Assembly (NCBI GenBank): GCA_034439715.1 | Contig: JAWXAY010000029.1 | Location: forward strand, 64,001 to 128,000 | Direction: 5' to 3' | Length of the DNA stretch: 64,000 bases | Source: Pseudomonadota bacterium | GTDB taxonomy: Bacteria > Bdellovibrionota > Bdellovibrionia > Bdellovibrionales > SG-bin7 | Shown: one piece after another, positions 38,673 through 47,108 of the stretch | Position numbering within the stretch: position 1 is the stretch's first letter | Layout of the letters: every line of letters starts with the position of its first letter | Notes under the pieces: model-generated | Database searches by the model: none | Seen by the model: the letters and a program-made list of their open reading frames with translations, nothing else | Told to the model about the DNA's origin: nothing | Position numbers and translations under genes: made by a program

Positions 38673-39458
38673 TCACCTCAGCGAATTTATACTTTGAAGC
38701 ATTTGATCTGCGGCCTGTACAACTTTAGAATTTGTTTCGTACGCTCTCTGGGCCGAAATCATATTCACCATTTCATCAACAATGTTTACGTTGCTATTTT
38801 CAAGTTGGCCCTGCGAAATGTCGCCTACCCCATTCTCGCCAGGAATAGACTGTTGCGGCAGACCACTAGAGTTAGAGGGCATAAAGAGATTTCTGCCCAT
38901 AGCTCTTAGGCCCGCAGGATTGACAAAATTAACTATTTGGATTTGTCCGAGATTTTGTGGAGCTACGTTTTGGTCTAGGTAAGCCTCTACTATTCCCTTG
39001 TTGTTTACCGTAAGGGTTTTGGTGTTCACAGGAATGACTATTTCTGGCTGTAGAACATAGCCATTTTTATCGACAATGCGGCCCGACGAGTCTTTTTTAA
39101 AGGATCCATCACGTGTATAGGCGATTTGTCCGTTATCAGTTTCCACTGGAAAAAAACCATTACCATCGATTTGTAAATCGAGAGGATTATTAGTCAAGCG
39201 CGGCGTGCCACTTGTAAAATCCTTTTGAATAGAACTGGTTCGCACACCAAGGCCGGTCTGAATACCGGTAGGTGAAATCGTGTTGGCCCCTGTCGCAGAG
39301 CCTGGCTCCTTAATCGTTTGGTACATGAGGTCTTCGAATTCAGCGCGATGTTTTTTAAATCCTGTCGTACCGATGTTTGCCATATTGTGGGCAATGACAT
39401 CCATATTATCTTGCTGGGCGTTCATACCCGTGGCTGAAGTATTTAGCGCTTTAAGCAT
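38673..39458 (-). CDS. flgG: Distal rod protein FlgG
   Basis: IAHNMANIGTTGFKK, FEDLMYQ, LENSNVNIVDEMVNMI. Confidence 0.96.
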   Translation of the reverse strand: MLKALNTSATGMNAQQDNMDVIAHNMANIGTTGFKKHRAEFEDLMYQTIKEPGSATGANTISPTGIQTGLGVRTSSIQKDFTSGTPRLTNNPLDLQIDGNGFFPVETDNGQIAYTRDGSFKKDSSGRIVDKNGYVLQPEIVIPVNTKTLTVNNKGIVEAYLDQNVAPQNLGQIQIVNFVNPAGLRAMGRNLFMPSNSSGLPQQSIPGENGVGDISQGQLENSNVNIVDEMVNMISAQRAYETNSKVVQAADQMLQSINSLR

Positions 39459-39479
39459 TCATCCTCCCCAAAAACATAA

Positions 39480-40292
39480 CTAACCTCTGCTAACTCTCGG
39501 AACGTCATTGGTGAGCTTTTCATCTATTTGATCATAGGCCTTGATTGCCCTTTGATTAGATTCAAAAACCCTTGTCGCCCCAATCATGTCTGTCATTTCT
39601 TGTACAATATTTACGTTGCTGGCCTCCAAAAATCCCTGATGAATTTTAGTTTCATTGGCGGGGGTCATGTTGACGTTATAATTTGGTCGCAGATTGTATA
39701 AAGTCATACCCTCTTTTGCCAATGCGTCTTTTTGGTCAACATTAATAACTGAGAGTTTGCCGAGGCTATCGCTGCCATCGAAAACTTCGCCATTGTAAGC
39801 CACAGTTACATTGGAGCCTTTTAGGTTAATTATTCTTTGTGCCGGATCTCCCGCACCTGCTTTTAACACCGGAAAGCCTGATGACGAAATGAGATTGCCC
39901 TGATTATCAATTTTAAAATTTCCCGATCTCGTAAAACGAGGTCCACCGGGAGTTAAGACTTCAAAAAAACCATCACCCTCAATCGCGACATCTAACTTAT
40001 TGCCGGTAGACATTAACGAACCTTGCGAGAAGTCTGACGACACTGAATTGGCATCAACGTAGCCGCGATCGACTCCTTGCATATCATAGAAACTTTCGAT
40101 GGACGCGGGCACTCGAGGGATTTGCATGACATCTGGTTGTTTTTCTAACGCCGTTAAATACTCTTTAAATTGAATGTTGTCTTTTTTAAATCCGGCCGTA
40201 TTGGCGTTCGCAATATTATTGGCAATTGTGTCTAGCCTTTGGTTTTGGGCAATAGCTCCGCTCAACGCTGCATAGATGCCTTTTGAACTCAT
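39480..40292 (-). CDS. flgF: Proximal rod protein FlgF
   Basis: IANNIANANTAGFK, TGNKLDVAIEGDGFF, LEASNVN; precedes flgG. Confidence 0.9.
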   Translation of the reverse strand: MSSKGIYAALSGAIAQNQRLDTIANNIANANTAGFKKDNIQFKEYLTALEKQPDVMQIPRVPASIESFYDMQGVDRGYVDANSVSSDFSQGSLMSTGNKLDVAIEGDGFFEVLTPGGPRFTRSGNFKIDNQGNLISSSGFPVLKAGAGDPAQRIINLKGSNVTVAYNGEVFDGSDSLGKLSVINVDQKDALAKEGMTLYNLRPNYNVNMTPANETKIHQGFLEASNVNIVQEMTDMIGATRVFESNQRAIKAYDQIDEKLTNDVPRVSRG

Positions 40293-40315
40293 GCTTCCAC
40301 CTCAACAAGATATGG

Positions 40316-40332
40316 AGCAATGCACATGCCAA
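40316..40332 (-). promoter_or_regulatory. Sigma54 promoter of the flgF operon
   Basis: TTGGCATGTGCATTGCT = GG-N10-GC. Confidence 0.8.
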
Positions 40333-40466
40333 TTTAATTTACAGGACCTAGGTGGGTGTTTGATATGTTTTTAGTCTGTTTCAGTGGTTATAGACGCCAA
40401 AATCCTGACGGTCTGTCAAAAAAACTTGTCTCGACCGCGACCCACTTTTAACTGATAATTAAACCT

Positions 40467-41411
40467 ATGTTAAACAAAGTATTTCTTTTGGGAATGCTTC
40501 TTTTCTCTCAGGTTGTGTCTATGACAACCTATGCAAGTCCGCCAGCGGAACTTAAAACTATCGACACATTAAGTGTGCCAAAACTTGTATTAGCTCGGCC
40601 CGACGAGGGCTCGGTCGTTTTTGATCTTCCCATTACGTACAACACACGCGTCCAACATTGGATCCACTATTTTCAAAAAAACGGAAAACCTTATTTCAAA
40701 AAGTGGATCGAACGCTCCTATAAGTATATTCCAGCTATTCAGCGGGTTCTAAAAGAACGGGGACTTCCTAATGATTTGGCCTATGTCGCCATGATTGAAA
40801 GTGGTTTTTCGTCACAAGCGGTAAGCTCTGCAGCCGCCGTAGGGCCCTGGCAATTTATCAAAGGAACAGCTGAAAGATTTGGGCTCCAAATAAATTGGTG
40901 GATTGATGAACGCAAGGATTTTCATAAAAGCACCGTGGCTGCCGCCAACTATATATCTTCTCTTTATAAGATGTTTAGCTCTTGGTATTTGGTCGCCGCC
41001 GCCTACAATATGGGAGAAAACAGAGTTAAAAGAATTGTAGCAAAACACCAAACAACGAATTTTTGGATTTTATCAAAGCAAGGCGCTTTGTCGCAGGAAA
41101 CCAAAAATTACGTACCCAAATTAATTGCGGCAATGCTCATCTCTAAAGCTCCTGCCCTTTATGGTTTCCGTGAGCTGAAAGCACAAGAGCCTGTGCCCTA
41201 TGATCATATTTTTGTACCTGGCGGCACAGACCTCGCGGGACTTGCGACTCACTTGGGAGTTAACTACGAATACATAAAAGAAATGAATCCAGAATTACTT
41301 CATGGCTTCGTTCCCAAATTTATACAAAGTCACAAAATAAAGATTCCCAAGGGATCGACCAAAATGGTATCTCATTATTTGGAAACAAGGCTTTCAGGAA
41401 AGACTCTATAA
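40467..41411 (+). CDS. MltD-like lytic transglycosylase (SLT domain)
   Basis: MIESGF, AVGPWQFI, AAAYNMGE, ETKNYVPK. Confidence 0.92.
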   Translation: MLNKVFLLGMLLFSQVVSMTTYASPPAELKTIDTLSVPKLVLARPDEGSVVFDLPITYNTRVQHWIHYFQKNGKPYFKKWIERSYKYIPAIQRVLKERGLPNDLAYVAMIESGFSSQAVSSAAAVGPWQFIKGTAERFGLQINWWIDERKDFHKSTVAAANYISSLYKMFSSWYLVAAAYNMGENRVKRIVAKHQTTNFWILSKQGALSQETKNYVPKLIAAMLISKAPALYGFRELKAQEPVPYDHIFVPGGTDLAGLATHLGVNYEYIKEMNPELLHGFVPKFIQSHKIKIPKGSTKMVSHYLETRLSGKTL

Positions 41412-41412
41412 A

Positions 41413-42600
41413 ATGTCTCTCATTGTCCAAAAATATGGTGGAAGCAGTCTTAAGACTGCCCGAGAAGTTCACTCGGTCGCTGATAGAATTCAAAGTCTCC
41501 ATAGTCATGGCCTGTCTATTGTGGTGGTGGTTAGCGCCATGGGTAACACCACTAACGAATTAATTGATCTCGCCTTTCAAGTGAGCCCACGCCCCCTCCA
41601 ACGTGAACTAGACATGTTGCTCACTACTGGCGAACGGGTATCTATGTCACTTTTGAGCATGGCACTTAATGATCGAAGTGTTCCTGCAATTAGTTTTACC
41701 GGCAGTCAAGCGGGCGTTATCACCAACGAATCTCATAATAACGCCCAGATAGTAGAAATAAAACCACTTCGTGTAAAACAGGCTCTCGAACAAAAAAAAG
41801 TGGTGGTCCTAGCAGGCTTTCAAGGAGTAACTCAAGAGTCAAAAGAAGTTACTACCCTTGGTCGCGGAGGATCAGATACAACAGCCGTGGCAATGGCAGC
41901 GCACTTTTCAGCCGATCGATGTGAAATCTTAAAGGATGTGGACGGCGTTTATTCCGCCGATCCAAAAATCGTCAAAACTGCAAGACTTATTCCGATGATG
42001 AGCTATCAACATTTAAGCGAGATGACTTTTTGGGGGTCTAAAGTTTTACATCACCGCGCTGCAGATTTAGCTCTGCAGCTGAAAGTCCCACTTTACGTGG
42101 GACCAACTCACACTAAGGGAACGGGAACGTTAATTAAGGGAGAGGCCACAATGTATGAAAATTCAAATATTTCATCAATCAACAGTCATACCTTTGTCAG
42201 ACTAATTAGAGTAAAAAACAGCAATTTAGATCAAGCGCTTATTGCTTTTACTCAGATACTAGCAAACAAAAACTTTTCGCTTCCGCAAATTATTGATGCC
42301 CGATTTGAAAATTCCGACACGTTGCTGCTTATTACGGGTCCTAAAGAAAATATTTTACCGCTTATGGAAACGCTATTGGGCCAAACCACTCTAGAAATTG
42401 TTTCGAACCACCTTTCTTCAGTCACAGTTACTGGCTTAGGTTTTAGCGCCACTCCTTCGATTCAACGGCTCACTCATTGGCTCACTCTAAAAGGCGTGGC
42501 ATTGCACTCTATAATTTCTAGCCCAATGAGTTGCACCTTTGTGATTAATGAGAATGATCGTGAGAATGCTATTAAAATTTTACATGAATTTATGCAGTGA
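41413..42600 (+). CDS. lysC: Aspartate kinase
   Basis: VQKYGGSS, VVSAMG, TTLGRGGSDTTA, DVDGVYSADP. Confidence 0.95.
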   Translation: MSLIVQKYGGSSLKTAREVHSVADRIQSLHSHGLSIVVVVSAMGNTTNELIDLAFQVSPRPLQRELDMLLTTGERVSMSLLSMALNDRSVPAISFTGSQAGVITNESHNNAQIVEIKPLRVKQALEQKKVVVLAGFQGVTQESKEVTTLGRGGSDTTAVAMAAHFSADRCEILKDVDGVYSADPKIVKTARLIPMMSYQHLSEMTFWGSKVLHHRAADLALQLKVPLYVGPTHTKGTGTLIKGEATMYENSNISSINSHTFVRLIRVKNSNLDQALIAFTQILANKNFSLPQIIDARFENSDTLLLITGPKENILPLMETLLGQTTLEIVSNHLSSVTVTGLGFSATPSIQRLTHWLTLKGVALHSIISSPMSCTFVINENDRENAIKILHEFMQ

Positions 42601-42609
42601 CAATCAACG

Positions 42610-43593
42610 ATGACAAACAAAGAACTGAGTCACTTTTATAAGAATTTTTATGAACTCGTTGAGTCAGGCATTCCTATCAACGGAATTTTGGAAACCTTAA
42701 GAACCACTTCCAAAGGTGATCATTTAAAAAGACAATATGGTCACGCACTGAAACTCGTAGACTCAGGTAAAACTCTCACCGAGTCTCTGCAATCCGCTGA
42801 ACTTATTTCTCCATTTGATGTTGAAATTATTCGTGCGGCCGAATCTTCGGGTAGTTTGTCTCGCGTCTTAACGGCATTGTCTTTTAGGTATGAAGTGCGA
42901 AGTGCAGCCGAACAAGAGCTTCGCTCGGGACTGTGGCGCCCCTTCTTTTTATTTGTGGCCGCGTTGTTTGTACCTAGCTTGCCCGGCTTGATGAGTGGCA
43001 AAACCACTTTGGCGCAGTATTGCATTAGTTCTTTCGGCTTATTATCACTTGTTCTATTTTTGGTTTATTTGATTTTTAAATTTAATAACTTGGCTAATCA
43101 GAACTATGAATTGGCTCTGCTTCGTTTTCAGATTTTTTCTAAAGTGCCTTTTATTAGCGGGCTTATAAAAAAAATGGCACTTGAAAATTTTTGCTCTTCC
43201 TTGGCCTTTATGCTAGACGCCGGCATTGATATGTTTCGCGCGCTCAAATGGGCAGGTAATTCGTCGGCCGACAAGTCCATTAAAAGATCTGCGCAAATGA
43301 TACTTATGCAAATAAAAGAGGGCCGCGACCTGGCGGTCAGCTTTCGTGCCCAACCCGCATTTACTGATGAAATCAAAAATGCGATTTTTGTCGGGAATCA
43401 AAGTGGTAAGATTCCAACGATGCTCCATCGAGCATCTCAGGACCTAAACCGTGACGTGACTTCACGTGTCCAAGCAATTGCTAAGTTTGTTCCTTTAATT
43501 ATTTATGCAGTGATCGCCTTTTTTGTGGCGAAACAAATTATTGATTTTTATAGCGAACATCTTAAGGATATCGACAAAGCGTTGGGAGAATAA
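42610..43593 (+). CDS. Type II secretion F / PilC-family platform protein
   Basis: ESGIPI, AAESSGSL, LDAGID, GNQSGKI; duplicated T2SSF pattern. Confidence 0.85.
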   Translation: MTNKELSHFYKNFYELVESGIPINGILETLRTTSKGDHLKRQYGHALKLVDSGKTLTESLQSAELISPFDVEIIRAAESSGSLSRVLTALSFRYEVRSAAEQELRSGLWRPFFLFVAALFVPSLPGLMSGKTTLAQYCISSFGLLSLVLFLVYLIFKFNNLANQNYELALLRFQIFSKVPFISGLIKKMALENFCSSLAFMLDAGIDMFRALKWAGNSSADKSIKRSAQMILMQIKEGRDLAVSFRAQPAFTDEIKNAIFVGNQSGKIPTMLHRASQDLNRDVTSRVQAIAKFVPLIIYAVIAFFVAKQIIDFYSEHLKDIDKALGE

Positions 43594-43594
43594 T

Positions 43595-43621
43595 TGCGGC
43601 CTCCGTGAATCGGAAGCCGCA
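43595..43621. terminator. Hairpin between convergent pilC-like and recA genes
   Basis: TGCGGC(C)TCCG-TGAAT-CGGA(A)GCCGCA. Confidence 0.6.
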
Positions 43622-43626
43622 TTACT

Positions 43627-44772
43627 TCAGTGGCTCTTCTTTTTCAGAGCTTTTTTCTTTTCTTCGTCCAGAAGTTTTTCTTTTTCTTTATCCGCATCGG
43701 GATTGACTGTGGCCGCTTCAATAGAGGCGTCAGGAACGGGAGCCACTCTACCTATTCCGTGCTTTGTAAGCACTTGCGCCCGCAGAGATTTCAGAAGGTC
43801 AGTGTGTTCGTAGAGATACTGTTTTACAGCGTCGCGACCCTGGCCAAGTCTTTCTCCGTTGTAACTGTACCAAGCACCAGATTTTTCAACGATACCGTCA
43901 TTAGAGGCGATATCCAAAACATCTCCGGCCTGGCAAATTCCTGTGCCAAACATCAAATCAAATTCGATTTTAGCAAAAGGCGGCGCCATTTTATTTTTTA
44001 CCACTTTTACAGCTGTGCGGTTACCCACAATATCTTCACCGTTTTTAATGGCACCAATTCGGCGTACATCTAAACGCACTGAAGAATAAAACTTTAGAGC
44101 ATTACCGCCAGTGGTTGTTTCGGGGTTACCAAACATCACACCGATTTTCATTCGAATTTGGTTAATAAAAATCACAAGAGTGCGGCTGCGGTTTATCGAC
44201 GCCGTTAACTTTCGAAGGGCTTGTGACATCAAACGCGCCTGAAGACCCATGTGAGAGTCTCCCATTTCGCCTTCAATCTCAGCTCGAGGAACAAGAGCCG
44301 CTACCGAGTCTATTACTAAAACGTCTATAGCGCCTGAGCGCACAAGTGTTTCAGTAATTTCGAGAGCCTGCTCACCCGTATCGGGTTGCGAAACAAGAAG
44401 ATCTTTTGTGTTTACACCTAGCTTTGCAGCATATCCAATATCTAGGGCATGCTCAGCATCGATAAACGCCACCACGCCGCCAGCCTTCTGAGCTTCGGCA
44501 ATTACACTTAAAGACAGAGTTGTCTTACCAGAACTTTCAGGACCGTAAATTTCAACAATTCGACCCTTAGGAAGCCCACCGATGCCTAAAGCGATATCTA
44601 AACTTAATGACCCCGTGCTGATAGTGGGAACATCTTTATATAAACTCTCCCCACCCATGCGCATAATTGCGCCTTTACCAAATTGTTTTTCAATTGCGGT
44701 AACTGCTAAGCTGAGAGCTTGTTGCTTTTCAGTACTTCTCTCTGTTCCTTTTTCGGTCTGTACACTTGCCAT
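43627..44772 (-). CDS. recA: Recombinase A
   Basis: [25 protein letters not shown]. Confidence 0.99.
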   Translation of the reverse strand: MASVQTEKGTERSTEKQQALSLAVTAIEKQFGKGAIMRMGGESLYKDVPTISTGSLSLDIALGIGGLPKGRIVEIYGPESSGKTTLSLSVIAEAQKAGGVVAFIDAEHALDIGYAAKLGVNTKDLLVSQPDTGEQALEITETLVRSGAIDVLVIDSVAALVPRAEIEGEMGDSHMGLQARLMSQALRKLTASINRSRTLVIFINQIRMKIGVMFGNPETTTGGNALKFYSSVRLDVRRIGAIKNGEDIVGNRTAVKVVKNKMAPPFAKIEFDLMFGTGICQAGDVLDIASNDGIVEKSGAWYSYNGERLGQGRDAVKQYLYEHTDLLKSLRAQVLTKHGIGRVAPVPDASIEAATVNPDADKEKEKLLDEEKKKALKKKSH

Positions 44773-44798
44773 GCTTTCTCCTTTTTATTGAGCTTCTA

Positions 44799-44821
44799 TT
44801 AGTTAGTTAGTTAGTTAGTTA
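44799..44821. repeat. (TTAG)5 tetranucleotide microsatellite upstream of recA
   Basis: TTAGTTAGTTAGTTAGTTAGTTA, including the cinA stop codon. Confidence 0.9.
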
Positions 44822-45304
44822 TTGAGTAGCTGTTAATAATAATTCTAATGCTTTATTTACAGAAGCTTCAATTATTTCTAATCGAGCCCCTTTAAAACAG
44901 TAAGTAGCCACATATTCAAATCCTGGGCCACAGACTGCAATACATACAGTACCTACTGGCTTCGTTACTGTGCCGCCGCTCGGACCTGCAATTCCCGTTA
45001 TACCCAGAGACCAAGTGCTTTCCAATTTTTTTCGTAGGCCCTTTGCCATTTGGACTGCTACTACCTGACTCACTGCGCCCGATGCTAAAAGAGTTGCCCG
45101 AGATACGTTTAATTCATTTATTTTAATTTTATTGGAATACGCAATAACTCCGCCAGAAATATATTGAGAGGCTCCAGGTAGCGAAGTTAACTGTGAAATT
45201 AATGTCCCGCCTGTACAACTTTCTGCCAACGATAAAGTAATGTGCCTATCGACAAAGCGTTTTTGAATTGTTTTTATTATTTCTAGATTCTTCATAACAT
45301 CCAC
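44819..45304 (-). CDS. cinA: CinA C-terminal / NMN amidohydrolase (PncC-like)
   Basis: AESCTGG, GAVS, ITGIAGPSGG..KPVGTV. Confidence 0.9.
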   Translation of the reverse strand: MDVMKNLEIIKTIQKRFVDRHITLSLAESCTGGTLISQLTSLPGASQYISGGVIAYSNKIKINELNVSRATLLASGAVSQVVAVQMAKGLRKKLESTWSLGITGIAGPSGGTVTKPVGTVCIAVCGPGFEYVATYCFKGARLEIIEASVNKALELLLTATQ

Positions 45305-45768
45305 TCTTGAACCAGTTGCGATTTAGAAAAAATCAACTGAAGTAAAATATTGCTCAAAAGGCCAGCAGCCAAATCGTCTGCCACGACACCTAATCCACCT
45401 TTTATTTTTTGATCTAAAATATTAATTGGAAAGGGCTTTAAAATATCAAAAAATCTAAAGAGCACAAAGCCAAGCGCATAAGGCAACCAGTGATGCGGCA
45501 ACCAGGTCATAGTTACCAGATAACCCACGACCTCATCGATAACTATAGAAGGTTGGTCATGCTCATGGGTCGCCAACTGGTAAAAATGACACAAAAAAAT
45601 AGCAAACAGAATAAGAGCTAATGTCGCTCCCATATAAAAATAAATGTTTCCGAAATTAAGGAGAATTGCCAGAGGAATTCCCAAAAGGGTGCCAAATGTG
45701 CCTGGTGCCCATTTAATCTTGCCAATACAGAACCCAGTGACGATAAATTCGAGAACTTTACGCCGCAA
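45292..45768 (-). CDS. pgpA: Phosphatidylglycerophosphatase A
   Basis: APGTFGT, IVIDEVVG, FRFFDILKPFPI, DDLAAG. Confidence 0.93.
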   Translation of the reverse strand: MRRKVLEFIVTGFCIGKIKWAPGTFGTLLGIPLAILLNFGNIYFYMGATLALILFAIFLCHFYQLATHEHDQPSIVIDEVVGYLVTMTWLPHHWLPYALGFVLFRFFDILKPFPINILDQKIKGGLGVVADDLAAGLLSNILLQLIFSKSQLVQEWML

Positions 45769-45845
45769 TGTAAACCCCTTATCATGTTTTTAACATGACC
45801 AAGGGCACTGTCAACGTGACAGCCCACAAAATTCATAGTTAAATT

Positions 45846-47108
45846 ATGAAAGGCTTCCGAAAGGATTTTATTTTGAAATTAAACAATTTGTTAACTCTCG
45901 CTGTTGACCGTGGTGCTAGTGATCTACATCTCAAAGTAGGAATCGTACCCGTTATTCGCAAGCACGGTATTCTGAGACCTCTTGATCCTAGTATGGAGGC
46001 GGTAAATCAAGATATGATGAGTGCAATTACCGATCAACTTTTAAGCGCCCCTCAAAAGGAAACCTTAGAAAGAGAAGGCTATGTCGATTTAGGTTACGGC
46101 ATATCCGGACTTGGTCGCTTTCGCGTGAACATATTTAAACAACGAGGAACTCTGAGGCTCGTGATTCGAAACATTCCCTTTGATGTCCCTGATATTGATA
46201 ATTTGAATCTCCCTCCAATAATAAAAAAACTTGCCCTAGAAACTGAAAGGGGCTTGATACTTGTCACTGGCATGACGGGCTCAGGAAAATCCACAACTCT
46301 CGCTGCCATGATCGACTATGTTAACAAACACCGAAATCGCCACATCATTACTATTGAAGACCCTATAGAATTTTTGATTAAAGATCAAAAATGTATTATT
46401 TCTCAAGTTGAATTAGGCAGCGATGCCCCCACCTATCCAAAAGCGCTGCGGGCCGCCCTTCGTCAAGATCCCGATATTATCTTAATTGGCGAAATGCGAG
46501 ACCTAGATACCATCGACACGGCTATTACGGCTGCCGAAACTGGCCATTTAGTTCTCTCAACTCTTCATACATCTGATGCCGTCGAAACCATTAATCGAAT
46601 CTTAGCGGCCTACCCCTCTCATCAACAGCAACAAATTCGCTATCAACTCTCATCTGTGATTACGGCGATTATAAGTCAAAGAATGATCATGAAAACAGAT
46701 GAACAAGGATTTGTTCCGGCAATCGAAGTGCTTATCAATACGAGTCGTATTAAAGAGTTGATTCTCAATGGAGCCAGGACTAAAGAAATTTTTAATTCTA
46801 TTGAAGAAGGAAAGTCGGCCTATGGAATGCAATCATTTGATCAAAGTCTGCTCGAGCTCGTCCATCAGAAGATAGTTACTTTTGAAGAAGCCATGGCTTC
46901 AGCCACCAATCCCAAAGATTTCGCACTCAGGCATTCAGGCGTTAAGGGCGCGAGTACCCAAGTCTGGGACCCAAAGTCAGACCGCGCGGCAGGCAAAAAA
47001 ATATGGGATGACATTCAGGAACTTGAACTTCAAACTAATGTTTCGCATATCCAAAAATCTTCGAAATTTCCGACCCGTTCACCACCTAAGCCTCCCGGAA
47101 AAAAATAA
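45846..47108 (+). CDS. pilT: PilT/PilU-family retraction ATPase
   Basis: ASDLHL, GMTGSGKSTT, TIEDPIE, ALRQDPD, GEMRD, GMQSFDQ. Confidence 0.88.
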   Translation: MKGFRKDFILKLNNLLTLAVDRGASDLHLKVGIVPVIRKHGILRPLDPSMEAVNQDMMSAITDQLLSAPQKETLEREGYVDLGYGISGLGRFRVNIFKQRGTLRLVIRNIPFDVPDIDNLNLPPIIKKLALETERGLILVTGMTGSGKSTTLAAMIDYVNKHRNRHIITIEDPIEFLIKDQKCIISQVELGSDAPTYPKALRAALRQDPDIILIGEMRDLDTIDTAITAAETGHLVLSTLHTSDAVETINRILAAYPSHQQQQIRYQLSSVITAIISQRMIMKTDEQGFVPAIEVLINTSRIKELILNGARTKEIFNSIEEGKSAYGMQSFDQSLLELVHQKIVTFEEAMASATNPKDFALRHSGVKGASTQVWDPKSDRAAGKKIWDDIQELELQTNVSHIQKSSKFPTRSPPKPPGKK

